Below are positions 1-10,405 of a stretch of 64,000 nt of DNA, piece after piece (position 1 is the first letter of the stretch; each line of letters begins with the position of its first letter). Under the pieces are notes generated by a model. The model searched no databases. It was not told the DNA's origin and saw nothing but the letters and a program-made list of their open reading frames with translations. Made by a program: the position numbers and the translations under genes. The DNA comes from Nemertoderma westbladi (taxonomy: Eukaryota; Animalia; Xenacoelomorpha), in contig JAUCBJ010002429.1 in assembly GCA_032718475.1 (NCBI GenBank), positions 77,503-141,502 on the forward strand, read 5' to 3'.

Positions 1-542
1 AAGTTTATTCCTACAGTAATTGTGTTTGTTATACATACCGTTATAGTTAAACTAACCCCGGTACTACATCAGGGCTGCTCGGCGTAGGTAAAGACTGGTG
101 ATTTTGTGCACTGGTCACTCCAGCAGATGCCGTGGTTCTTTTAGCTGTTCAAGTATTTTTAACTACTGATTATTTGTTATACAAGTACTTGTACCTGATT
201 TAGGGTTTAGTGTACAGTGCTTTCCGAAGGTGATTAGTGTGTAGGCAGTATATTTGTGTTGTAAAGTGGTTAATAGGCACGTTGGTTCTGGTAGACCGCG
301 GTAATTAATCTCTGGGTAGGAACACTCCGTGATACATAACGTAGTACCTATAGCGATACGGTTATAGGTCGTCAGGCGGTGGTATTTTCCTATCTGGACA
401 ACGCAGTATATTTACTACTACTTATTATTTTCAAAAACCGTAGTAACCTGTCCGTTGTAATAACCAGATATTCTAACCCTTTGTTAGGCTGGTTAGTAGA
501 CTTATTGTAAAATTACCCTAAAAATTTGTATTTGTGTATTTG

Positions 543-1080
543 TGTGACGGGATCCAAGAGGGATCCCGATTTATCCGGTTGTGGTAATTTAGTCCACGCG
601 TCCCCGCCGTGTATAAGGATGAAATAAAGTGACTGAGTTCTGAAGTTCGGTGTATAATAGGAGGTTATAAGATATAGATATGTTGTGAATGTGTACAAGG
701 CGGGATACGGTAACTAAAGTCCCGTGATCCCCTAACTAAACTAATTGGCTGTACCCTACGCTAGCACTGCTGCACTGGTATAACTGAATCACTGATTAAT
801 AGGTTATTGGTTATATTGCACGGTGGCCTTACTGCTACTCAATCGATGCCATTCCCCCCTCTGATTGGTTAATACCCTTGTTGGCGCCCCGTGGAGTATT
901 CCCGTTCACTCCACCTGTTCTCCTTGGGTTAGGGGTTTGGCCCCTGACCCTCTATTGTGTGCTTCCTTCCCATTCTTATTGGGATGGCGCGAGTTGGTTA
1001 ATTACCCAATCTCGCGGCTCCCAATATTGCTTATCGGCTAATAACTTTATGGGGTGTTGGCGGGATTGAATAAGCTAACA
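543..1080 (-). repeat. 3' LTR of element A
   Basis: Matches 13684-14221 with no differences found by eye; preceded on the minus strand by the PPT GGGGGGGAG (1081-1089). Confidence 0.96.
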
Positions 1081-1089
1081 CTCCCCCCC
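1081..1089 (-). promoter_or_regulatory. Polypurine tract of element A
   Basis: GGGGGGGAG immediately 5' of the LTR start TGTTAGC on the minus strand. Confidence 0.9.
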
Positions 1090-1552
1090 ATGCTATCTTC
1101 CCGGTAAGAAGATAGCATCAACCAAAAAAGTGCGCTACAATCCCGCTGGATCCCGATCTAGCATCGGGTGTGGGGTGGAATTCTTTTCTCTCGGAGCCGG
1201 CTTTCCAGGCCGCCCCCTATGGGTATGATAACGCTACCCTTTACGCCTGGCGTCTCATGTCGGGCCGATCGCGCTCACCTCTTCACGCGATTTTTGTTTC
1301 CCCAACACTTACGCCCTATCTAGCCTTCACTCTCACCCTAACTCTCTCATACCCCCGGACCTCCTCGTCCCTTACTCAGCCTCTCATTCTCCCCCCCCCC
1401 ACACTAGAATTGCGCTCGCACTCTCTCCGCACTTCACACTCTTATTCCGATTCTCAAGTCCACTTTGACTGTTTTTATCTCTCCTGACGAACCTCCCCCC
1501 CCTCTCGTGCCGCCGCACTCAAGAAGTGTGAAATTTTAATAAATAATCTAAC

Positions 1553-1765
1553 AATAAGCTAACACTCCCCCCCATGCTATCTTCCCGGTAAGAAGATAGC
1601 ATCAACCAAAAAAGTGCGCTACAATCCCGCTGGATCCCGATCTAGCATCGGGTGTGGGGTGGAATTCTTTTCTCTCGGAGCCGGCTTTCCAGGCCGCCCC
1701 CTATGGGTATGATATCGCTACCCTGTGTGCCTGGCGTTTCATGTCGGGCCGATCGCGCTCACCTC
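1553..1765 (-). repeat. Internal duplicate of 1069-1281 (ORF end, hairpins, PPT and first 12 nt of the LTR)
   Basis: 213-bp near-identical copy at offset 484, including the CTCCCCCCC PPT and the AATAAGCTAACA LTR terminus. Confidence 0.93.
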
Positions 1766-3583
1766 GTCCTTCGTCCCAAGCGATCTCCGCGGTCTATGGA
1801 GTCGCTGGTAGGCGAACTTCTCTACGTTGCTCTCCCTGTTTACGTCGATCTCTCCGCCCCTCTCGGGCATCGTCTCCCCGAATACTATCCGTGGTGCCGT
1901 CCCCGGTTGCTCGCCCAACCTGATGGTGCTCCCCGCGAAATCCATCGCCGGCTCCTCGTGCACCCAGGTCCGCTTGCCGGATCTGTTCCAGAAGGCCCTC
2001 GCCCCACTGGCCGTCACCACCCTTCCGCCAACCCAGTCCGTGTCCGAGTGGCCTATCCTTTCGATGGGCGGCATCTCTCCGAACTCGTCGTCGTCGTCCT
2101 CCTCTTCTGGTAGTGTCTCCAACCCCGGTATCCCGATGGATCCACTATGTCCCTTTCCGCCTTGGCTCTCGCCCGTAGCTCTCCATCCCTCTAGCTCCCT
2201 TAACTTCCTTGGCGGTTGGTCGCCCTCGGCGCCCGCTGGTATGGGCATCGTTTGCAACCCCGACGTCGACTGTTTCGGCGATCCCACCGTCCATCCCAAT
2301 TCTCGCCCTAGAGACTCCCCCGAACTCCCCGACGAAGTCCAATGAAGTTCGTCTAGGCCCGCCTGTTCCTCAAAGCCGTAACTCTGTGCCCTGGCCTCCT
2401 CTTCCCTCTCCTCTGCTTCTATCCTCTCCCGTCTAGCGACTTCTTCCAGTCGCTTTGCTTCCCGTCTATCCATCTCTAGCTGCTCCCATCTCTGATACGG
2501 TGTATCTGTCTCCCCATCTACCAGATGTCGGCTGTTGTAGTACACCGACTCGCCCTTCAGCCCCGGGTGGTCTACCAGACCGTCAAAGGCCGTCTTAAAG
2601 GCTCTCCTGTAGCTTAGGGGTGATCCCGATAACAGAAATGCCCCTGGTTCTCTTTCGATAACTACGGTCATGAATAAGTTAAGTAAACTTATCATCATCC
2701 AGTCCTCCTGCAGGATATATCGCTTCTGATATACCTTTATCGCTCCTCTGCGAAACTGATATACCTCCTGCTTTCCCGGTCTCGCTCCCCACTTCAGCGA
2801 GTTCGCTAGTTCTGCTCCGTATTCTTCCCTAAACTTCCCCCAATCCATTGGCTTGTGGCATACGAGCCCCAATAATTGGCCCATCGCCACCGCCCCGCAT
2901 TGGCCTAAGTTCTCGACCACCCCCAATCCATCTGGTGCCGTCATAGCCATAAAGACTTTCTGCATATCCAGGAGGTTGGTGGCGTCCGGACCGATGATCC
3001 TCTCCGCGTCCTCGCGAATCGCCGATCCCACTTTCGTCGTCGACTTCTCTCTTACTAAGACCTGTACCGCTTTCGGCAGTCGGTCTAATTTCGGCCCGTC
3101 CTTCTTCCCATACGTCCCTAAGTCGAATAAGAAGATGTCCCCATTTGGCGCTGCCAAATGTAAGAGTATGGTCCTGGCCGACCCTGCCGTTCCTCGTCTC
3201 GAACCCGCTTCGTCTTCCACGGTTCCCTCGTCATCTAGGATCATATATCCTCCTCTGTTGACGGACTCTATGAATCTTTTCCAGTCCTTCCTCGGCGATT
3301 CCCTCGGATACTTCGGAATCCCGAACTTCGCCTCGTCTCCTTTCACTACGTAGTGGAAGTGTTGGAAGATCGCGTTGTCCAGCGACGGCGTCCCGTAGGT
3401 CCCGACCAACCGCTGTTCGTGCGCTTCCCGGAAGTGATCCTGCAGCGCTCGTGCCGCGTGACCCCTTTCCAACCTCTCGTAGTATCCTCTCGTCTTCTCC
3501 TCCGGGTGTCTTTCGGTGAAATCCACCAATATTTCTTTTCCTCCTGACTCCGCCTTTCTCTTCCTGATCAGCTTACTCGCCAT
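1739..3583 (-). CDS. Element A accessory ORF: DEDDy/DnaQ-like 3'-5' exonuclease (WRN-exo/EXD/Mut-7-like) with a charged, disordered C-terminus
   Basis: Intact ORF of about 614 aa from ATG 3583; ExoI YMILDDEG, LLHLAAPNGDIFLFDL, LPKAVQVLV, ExoII KVGSAIREDAE, LLDMQ, ExoIII QKRYILQED; no signal peptide or TM segment seen. Confidence 0.8.
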   Translation of the reverse strand: MASKLIRKRKAESGGKEILVDFTERHPEEKTRGYYERLERGHAARALQDHFREAHEQRLVGTYGTPSLDNAIFQHFHYVVKGDEAKFGIPKYPRESPRKDWKRFIESVNRGGYMILDDEGTVEDEAGSRRGTAGSARTILLHLAAPNGDIFLFDLGTYGKKDGPKLDRLPKAVQVLVREKSTTKVGSAIREDAERIIGPDATNLLDMQKVFMAMTAPDGLGVVENLGQCGAVAMGQLLGLVCHKPMDWGKFREEYGAELANSLKWGARPGKQEVYQFRRGAIKVYQKRYILQEDWMMISLLNLFMTVVIEREPGAFLLSGSPLSYRRAFKTAFDGLVDHPGLKGESVYYNSRHLVDGETDTPYQRWEQLEMDRREAKRLEEVARRERIEAEEREEEARAQSYGFEEQAGLDELHWTSSGSSGESLGRELGWTVGSPKQSTSGLQTMPIPAGAEGDQPPRKLRELEGWRATGESQGGKGHSGSIGIPGLETLPEEEDDDDEFGEMPPIERIGHSDTDWVGGRVVTASGARAFWNRSGKRTWVHEEPAMDFAGSTIRLGEQPGTAPRIVFGETMPERGGEIDVNRESNVEKFAYQRLHRPRRSLGTKDEVSAIGPT

Positions 3584-4104
3584 TCCGAACACTACACTCG
3601 CTCACCTGCAGGGTGGTGCCTTACCAAGGCGCAATACAGATGAGTGATGTATTGAGATGTTTCCTACAGTTCGATAATGGCCTACTTTTCTACTTAACTG
3701 CGCCTTTCAAGCTTAATTTAATCTAATTAATTTCGGAGCTAGTAAATCAACCTAATTTACGATTTCCGTCCGTTACTTTTATTATGTTCTAGAACGACTT
3801 TCCTTGTGTTACCACTATTTTCGATTTTTTTTTAGCCCTATTCTATTTACTTATTTATTTTGCTTTGATTCTACTGTCCTACTACTTACTACTGCCTATG
3901 GATTTATTCTATTCTCTGATCCATATTCTGGCCTACTCAGTGGGCCTATGCAGTACAGCAGTATGTGTCGTGTGGCCACACGATTTATCCAGCTGCACTC
4001 ATATGCCCCCCTCTCACTACTAACTTTACTTACTGCTATCTAATATCTATATCTTATTTTTACCCCTTTTACCTCTTGCTCTCTCTCTCTAACTAATGGT
4101 ACTA

Positions 4105-4960
4105 CATACCCTCTAACTCTAACTCTGACTAGGTACCACGTACCTACTAACTCTAACTCTATCGGTACTACCTACCCTCTAACTCTAACTCTAACTAGGC
4201 ATTACGCACCCTCTAACTCTAACTCTAACTAGGTACTACGTACCTACTAACTCTAACTCTAACTAGGTACTACGTACCTACTAACTCTAACTCTAACTAG
4301 GTACTACGTACCTACTAACTCTAACTCTATCGGTACTACCTACCCTCTAACTCTAACTCTAACTAGGCATTACGCACCCTCTAACTCTAACTAGGTACTA
4401 CGTACCTACTAACTCTAACTCTAACTAGGTACTACGTACCTACTAACTCTAACTCTAACTAGGTACTACGTACCTACTAACTCTAACTCTATCGGTACTA
4501 CCTACCCTCTGACTCTAGCTCTAACTAGGCATTACGTACCCTCTAACTCTAACTAGGTACTACGTACCTACTAACTCTAACTCTAGGTACTACGTACCTA
4601 CTAACTCTAACTCTAACTAGGTACTACGTACCTACTAACTCTAACTCTATCGGTACTACCTACCCTCTGACTCTAGCTCTAACTAGGCATTACGTACCCT
4701 CTAACTCTAACTAGGTACTACGTACCTACTAACTCTAACTCTAGGTACTACGTACCTACTAACTAACTCTAGGTACTACGTACCTACTAACTAACTAACT
4801 CTAGGTACTACGTACCTACTAACTAACTAACTCTAGGTACTACGTACCTACTAACTAACTAACTCTAGGTACTACGTACCTACTAACTAACTAACTCTAG
4901 GTACTACGTACCTACTAACTAACTAACTCTAGGTACTACGTACCTACTAACTAACTAACT
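4105..4960. repeat. Tandem array between pol and the accessory ORF: (CTCTAA)n plus TAGGTAC-TAC-GTACCTA hairpin units with higher-order periodicity
   Basis: 28-34-bp units, about 18 hairpin copies; variant units recur every 158-168 bp. Confidence 0.95.
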
Positions 4961-5071
4961 TTTATTTATTTTATTTTTATTTTATTTATTTGTGTGGGAA
5001 GGGCGTCTCGCCCTCAATCCCACCCCCCTCAGTCCAAAACTTGGACGACTAAACTTCACACTAACTCTAAT

Positions 5072-8000
5072 TTAAGGTGCCCCTTCTAGAAGACAGCATT
5101 TACCTACTGCTCTCCTGTAGGTTTTTCTGTCTTTCGCACCTATCTTTCCACCTATCCGCACTTCTACCGAACGGACTCTTCCGTCCTCATCTGAGTAGGT
5201 GCCTACAACTCTCGCCAACCGCCATTGGTTGTTGATGATAGTATCATCCGTGACGATTACGAGATCTCCCTCTCTCAACTCCCTGTTTGGCTTCCTCCAC
5301 TTGCTTCGCTTATGGAGCGTTGGTAGGTATTCTTCTACCCACCTCCTCCAATACTCTGCGCTAATTGCTTTAGCTACTTTCCAACTTTGGCGGGAGTGTA
5401 TATCATCTGGGTCTACACCCCGCATATCTATGGTCGCTGGCCTTTCCATCAGGAAATGGCTAGGCGTCAACACGTCTAATGACTCAGGGTCATCATTCTC
5501 CGGGTATAGCGGTCTGCTATTAATGATCCCCTCGCACTTTGCAAGTACCGTCCGTAAGACGTCTTCAGTGACCATGTGGGTGTTCATCAGCTTCGTCATT
5601 AGACGTTTCGAACTGCCCACCAGTCTTTCGACGCATCCTAGTGTATGTGGTGCGTACGGCGTCCGTCTCTCCCACTTCACTTGTCGTCTTCTCATGGCCG
5701 CCCTGACTTCTTCTCCCTCCAAGATGTCTAAGGCCTCTGCCATCTCACTCTCTGCGCCCACAAAGTTGGTGCCGTTGTCGCTGTATATCACTGCGATCGT
5801 CCCACCTTTGCGGTCCCTAAACCTTTCTAAGGCGTTAATGAAGGCTGATGCGGTTGCATCTTGGGCGAGTTCTATCCCTACCGCCCGCGTATTGTTGCAT
5901 ACGAAGATAATACCGTAGCGTTTCTCCGTGTGTCGCATCACCTTGATCTTTATCGGCCCGAACATGTCCACACCGCAATGCGTAAATGGCGGGTCGTGCT
6001 GTCTTACCCTACTCGCCGGTAGTGGCGCCATCTCCTGTACGGCTCGCTCCTTCTTCGCTCGTCGGCAGGTCTGACACTGTCCCACTACCGCTTTCACCTT
6101 CTTCCTTAATTGTTTGACCCAATAGGTCCTCCTTATCTCTGTGAGGGTTCGGTTGGTGCCCCCATGCAGTATCGATTTGTGGGAGTCCCATATGATCTGG
6201 TGGACTATAGGCGATCCTGTGGGAATGATGATGGGTTTCGGTGGCACGACTATACTGTTGTTATATCCCACCCTAGAATTCATTACTAGGATCCCATCCT
6301 CGTTGAGTTGTGGCGACAGCGTGATCAACTCGCTATCCCGTCGGAGGTGCTGTTGGTTACCGACACGTTCCACCTCGTCGCCGTAGTTCTTGCGTTGTTC
6401 ATAGCGGATCACTGCCTTGGCCGCTCCTTCCAGATCTATGGTTGTCCTGGTCTTCTTGTCCTTGCCGACTCCCGCAAGGAAATTCCCAAAGGCTCTCCAG
6501 TACGCCACTAGTTTCTTGGTCTTATACCAACTAGAACTGTAGCTGAGGAGTTTATCCGTCGGGTTATCGCACAGTTCCCTTCCTGGTTGCACGTCCCTGA
6601 TCTCCCTCACCATCTGGGAGTATATCTCTTCTCCCTCTGAATCTCCCTCTTCTCCTTCTGATACTACTTCCGAGCCCGGGTCCACCTTCCTCATCGGCGG
6701 CCAGGCCTCCCTATCGCTCAGAAATTGTGGCCCGTGTTGCCACAATGCTTCTTTCTTTAAGAAAGTGTGGCGTTCCACGCCCCTCGACAGCAAGTCCGCT
6801 GGGTTCTCGTCTGTTGGGCAGTAGTGCCACCTTTCCAGTTCTGTGCTCGCCCTTATTTCGTCCACTCTATTCGCGACGAATATCGGGTACCTCGTCTTTT
6901 CGTTGTGTAGCCAACCAAGCACTACCATGGAGTCCGTCCAGTAGTGTGTCTCCACTATGTTGGGAATTGTATCCACTAGGTAGGCTGTGGCTCTAACTCC
7001 TAGTCTCGCGGCTGTCAATTCTAACTTGGGAACAGATGCTGAATCTGGCGGCGTTGACTTAGCTTTGCTAAAGGCTAGTCTGGGCTTGTGAGGCCCCTCT
7101 CGTTGTACTAAATAGAGTGCCGCTCCGTATGCCTCTAACGACGCGTCGGAGAACATATGTAGGTCCAGATTCGTCATGTTCCCGTCCGGGAAATACACTC
7201 GCGGCATGTTGTATGTTCCCATCCTCTCCAAGTCTCCTGTCCATTTGCTCCACTGTTTCTTGATGTCTTCTGGTACCTCTACGTCCCACTCATCCTTCAA
7301 CTTATATACTCTCTTGAGTATCTGTTTCCCCGTGACTAGTAATGGGGATGCTAGGCCTAAGGGATCGTATATCCTTGCTATATACGATACGTAACCCCTC
7401 TTCGTATGGGTGTCTGCGCCCTCCTGGCTCAGCTGATACTTCAGTTCGTCTGTTTTTCTATCCCACACGATTCCCAACGCCTTCTGCTGGGATTCCGTTC
7501 TCTTAATCGCCATGTCCTGTCCTTTGGCTGTTGTAGGGTTGTCCATGGTCGATTCTGGTTTCTTGTCTTCTATTTCCCTGATAAATTCTTCTGAACTGGA
7601 TTGGAATTTGGTCAGGTTGAAGCCGGATCCTTTCAGGATGTCGCGAACCTCGCGCCCTGTTTCCAGTATCTCCTCAACCGTATTTCCAGACTCCATGCCG
7701 TCGTCTACGTAGAAACCGCGTCTGATCATGTCGACGGCCCTACTGCTATATCTATCTTCCTTGCCCTTTACCGTGTCTCTCACTGCCATAGTCGTCGTAA
7801 ATGAGGACGACTTGGCCCCCATATTTTGTACTACCATCTTATACGCTGGTATTACCGGCGGTTCTTCTTCGCCGTTATACCATAAGAAGCGTTGACTGTC
7901 ACTATCTTCTTCTGTTACTCGGACTTGGTTGAACATGCCTTCTATGTCACACGTGAAGGCGTGTTTCCCATTCCTAAATCTAAGTAGTACTTCTATGCCC

Positions 8001-10405
8001 GAATTGTATATGTTTGGGCCCTCTAGTAGGTAATCGTTTAAGCACTTTCCGTCGGTCTTTGCCGATGCATCGACTACCATCCTAAGTTTACCTTTCTTTG
8101 GGTCTAAAGCTACGTGGAGTGGCAGGTAGTATGTCCTGTCCGTGTTCGGTTCGTCGACCGGTAACTCCACGGCCCATCCTTTCTCGACGTACTTCTTAAT
8201 GGTTTTGTGAATGTACTCGTTCTTCTCGGGGCTCCGTTGTAGTGTTTGTTTCAGCTTGCGGAGTCTCGTGAGTACCATCCCTCTATTATCGGGTAGCGGT
8301 ATCTTCGGTAGTTTCCACACCATTCCTATTGTATACCGCCCCTCATCACACGTCATCGTTTCCTCCACACTTTGTAAAGCCTGCTTGTCTTCTACCGAGG
8401 TCCCGACTCCGGTCTCTTTCAGTCCCTCGAAGTCCTGCCTGAGCAGTCTTTTAAGCTGCTCCTCTGCTCCCTCGTCACCCATTTCCTGCATTGTTCCCGC
8501 GAACATGCATCCTGATGTCTCCGACATCCTGAATGGTATCTTGCTCTTAATTGGACCACTCAGCGTCCACCCGAATGGCGTTAATATGGCCACCGGGTCG
8601 CTCTGCTTGTCTTCGCCGAAGACCGTTTGCATTCTCTCGTGGGCCGTTGGGCAGTCCATGCCTACTATGATGGATACCTTCCTAACGTCCACGTTTGGGA
8701 TTGAGAAGTCAATGTTATCCAGGAATTTGTATTGCTCGACCTCGATGTTGGTTGGCCGCCTGGCATTGATGTTAATTGACTCTATTACTTGGATGGGGTC
8801 GATGGTTGCCCCATAATCGCATCCTGGTGCCACTGCTGCAATTGCGCACCGTCCTGTCCTCATCTCTAGGATCTCGTCTTTACTAGAGATGGTTGTCACC
8901 GCCATCCTGCTTGGCCTCGTTCTCAACCCTATTTCTTCGGCTACCCATTCCTCAACTAATGTGAAGGCAGCTCCACTATCAACCAGCATTAGTGTTGTTA
9001 CTGATCGATTGCCTTCCCCGATCACTCGTACTGGTACTACTCCAAGTAGCACTGTTCCTCTCTTCTTCGCCCCTATTGTGCTTGTTGCCATCGTCTGGCC
9101 TCTCCTTTGGCCAAACTTGACCGGCTTCTCTTGGCATTCCCTGGCCTTGTGTCCACTCTTCACACATCGCGAGCAGATTTTATTGCTCGACGCGTAATCT
9201 ATCTGGTCTTGCCTCGGTAGCGCCTGCCAGTACCTGCAGTTCATGGTTTTATGAAGCGCATTTGCGTGTAACTGGCATTTGCTCTTTGGGTCATAGCCCT
9301 CTTTATACAATGCATTGCGTATCGCAGTTATATTCGTACCAAAGTCCCTACTATTCTTATTGACTGGGTTTGACCTACTGGACGTACTGGGGTTATGTTT
9401 ATTCATGTTGTTATTGTTCCCCTGTCCGTCCCTTGATGTTGTCTTATCTTCGCTTGTCTGTGGACTTGCAGTCCCCTGCGTCGCTGCATATGGCAATGAT
9501 TGCCTGAGTCTCGGTAACGCGTTCGATGTATTGTGCTCTGGTTTGGGCCTGTAATGATCTGTCTTTGGTCCCTTTCCCAGGCTATCTTCACTATAAACTG
9601 GGTCCGTTATTAGTTCAGCCTCGTAATTTAAGAAGTTTGACATTTCTTCTAAACCTGGTTCCGCACCCTTCTTGTCTCGGGTGGAGAAAGCGACCTTCCT
9701 CCATTTGTTGCGCAGCCAGCTCGGTAGTGCCTGCGCTATCGTGGTGATGTTATTGGACGCGTTGAGTTCGTATGGCGCGTCTAACGTCTTCAGCACGATC
9801 AGCGCCTTCTCGACTTTGTTAGCAAACGTCTTAATGCTAACGGGATTATCCTGTAGGCCACCCGATGTTATGCCTCTCAGCGTCTGCCTGATGATCTTGG
9901 CCGGGTGCCCGTATTCCCTATCCAGTGCCCGCCATGCTGTCGTGAAGCCGCCCTCTATTCCTTGGTATTGCCTCACGATATCGTATGCTGGGCCTCCCGT
10001 GTACACTTGTAGATACTTTAGGCACTCCGCCTGCGTCAAGTTTTTTGTTAGTATTTCGTTACTATACATTCGCCGAAACTGTAAGTATTCTTCCGGCCTG
10101 CTCCCATCGAATTTGAACGGTTCCACGGGTGGTAATTCGATCCTCGTTTTCAACGCATCGATCAACGTGGCCATCCCCATTGCCTGCGCTTCTAATGGAT
10201 TCGACGGGTGCTGTATAGTTTCCCTTGTCTGGTGCGGTTCGTCCGTCCTATTTCTTGATCTTCTCTGACTCGGATATGTCATCGGGGGTAGCGGCCCCCT
10301 CCATATGTCTGTATCACACGACCTGTTTTCATCTAGGGGTCTCGTTGTTCTTGTTCCTGTCGGGGTATATTGTTGATATTGTGATGGGGGAATGTCACCC
10401 TGTCC
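5072..10405 (-). CDS. pol: Element A gag(C-terminal)-pol polyprotein: capsid-like region, zinc knuckles, aspartic protease, RT, RNase H, integrase
   Basis: CSRCVKSGHKAREC; LVDSGA; CDIEGMF and FYVDD; FSDASLEAYG; NPADLLSRG; HGG...CQTC; GVDMFGP, YSDNGTNF, VERLV; frame stays open upstream of ATG 10282 up to the G10 run at 10404-10413. Confidence 0.96.
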   Translation of the reverse strand, partial: GQGDIPPSQYQQYTPTGTRTTRPLDENRSCDTDIWRGPLPPMTYPSQRRSRNRTDEPHQTRETIQHPSNPLEAQAMGMATLIDALKTRIELPPVEPFKFDGSRPEEYLQFRRMYSNEILTKNLTQAECLKYLQVYTGGPAYDIVRQYQGIEGGFTTAWRALDREYGHPAKIIRQTLRGITSGGLQDNPVSIKTFANKVEKALIVLKTLDAPYELNASNNITTIAQALPSWLRNKWRKVAFSTRDKKGAEPGLEEMSNFLNYEAELITDPVYSEDSLGKGPKTDHYRPKPEHNTSNALPRLRQSLPYAATQGTASPQTSEDKTTSRDGQGNNNNMNKHNPSTSSRSNPVNKNSRDFGTNITAIRNALYKEGYDPKSKCQLHANALHKTMNCRYWQALPRQDQIDYASSNKICSRCVKSGHKARECQEKPVKFGQRRGQTMATSTIGAKKRGTVLLGVVPVRVIGEGNRSVTTLMLVDSGAAFTLVEEWVAEEIGLRTRPSRMAVTTISSKDEILEMRTGRCAIAAVAPGCDYGATIDPIQVIESININARRPTNIEVEQYKFLDNIDFSIPNVDVRKVSIIVGMDCPTAHERMQTVFGEDKQSDPVAILTPFGWTLSGPIKSKIPFRMSETSGCMFAGTMQEMGDEGAEEQLKRLLRQDFEGLKETGVGTSVEDKQALQSVEETMTCDEGRYTIGMVWKLPKIPLPDNRGMVLTRLRKLKQTLQRSPEKNEYIHKTIKKYVEKGWAVELPVDEPNTDRTYYLPLHVALDPKKGKLRMVVDASAKTDGKCLNDYLLEGPNIYNSGIEVLLRFRNGKHAFTCDIEGMFNQVRVTEEDSDSQRFLWYNGEEEPPVIPAYKMVVQNMGAKSSSFTTTMAVRDTVKGKEDRYSSRAVDMIRRGFYVDDGMESGNTVEEILETGREVRDILKGSGFNLTKFQSSSEEFIREIEDKKPESTMDNPTTAKGQDMAIKRTESQQKALGIVWDRKTDELKYQLSQEGADTHTKRGYVSYIARIYDPLGLASPLLVTGKQILKRVYKLKDEWDVEVPEDIKKQWSKWTGDLERMGTYNMPRVYFPDGNMTNLDLHMFSDASLEAYGAALYLVQREGPHKPRLAFSKAKSTPPDSASVPKLELTAARLGVRATAYLVDTIPNIVETHYWTDSMVVLGWLHNEKTRYPIFVANRVDEIRASTELERWHYCPTDENPADLLSRGVERHTFLKKEALWQHGPQFLSDREAWPPMRKVDPGSEVVSEGEEGDSEGEEIYSQMVREIRDVQPGRELCDNPTDKLLSYSSSWYKTKKLVAYWRAFGNFLAGVGKDKKTRTTIDLEGAAKAVIRYEQRKNYGDEVERVGNQQHLRRDSELITLSPQLNEDGILVMNSRVGYNNSIVVPPKPIIIPTGSPIVHQIIWDSHKSILHGGTNRTLTEIRRTYWVKQLRKKVKAVVGQCQTCRRAKKERAVQEMAPLPASRVRQHDPPFTHCGVDMFGPIKIKVMRHTEKRYGIIFVCNNTRAVGIELAQDATASAFINALERFRDRKGGTIAVIYSDNGTNFVGAESEMAEALDILEGEEVRAAMRRRQVKWERRTPYAPHTLGCVERLVGSSKRLMTKLMNTHMVTEDVLRTVLAKCEGIINSRPLYPENDDPESLDVLTPSHFLMERPATIDMRGVDPDDIHSRQSWKVAKAISAEYWRRWVEEYLPTLHKRSKWRKPNRELREGDLVIVTDDTIINNQWRLARVVGTYSDEDGRVRSVEVRIGGKIGAKDRKTYRRAVGKCCLLEGAP

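Noticed and set aside
513-1069. Small LTR ORFs (61-63 aa) repeated at 13657-14210
   Set aside because: Non-ATG starts; duplicated only because they lie in the LTRs
1739-3592. Extra ORFs as env genes (also 24751-28994)
   Set aside because: No signal peptide, TM anchor or Cys-rich ectodomain seen; exonuclease motifs are present instead
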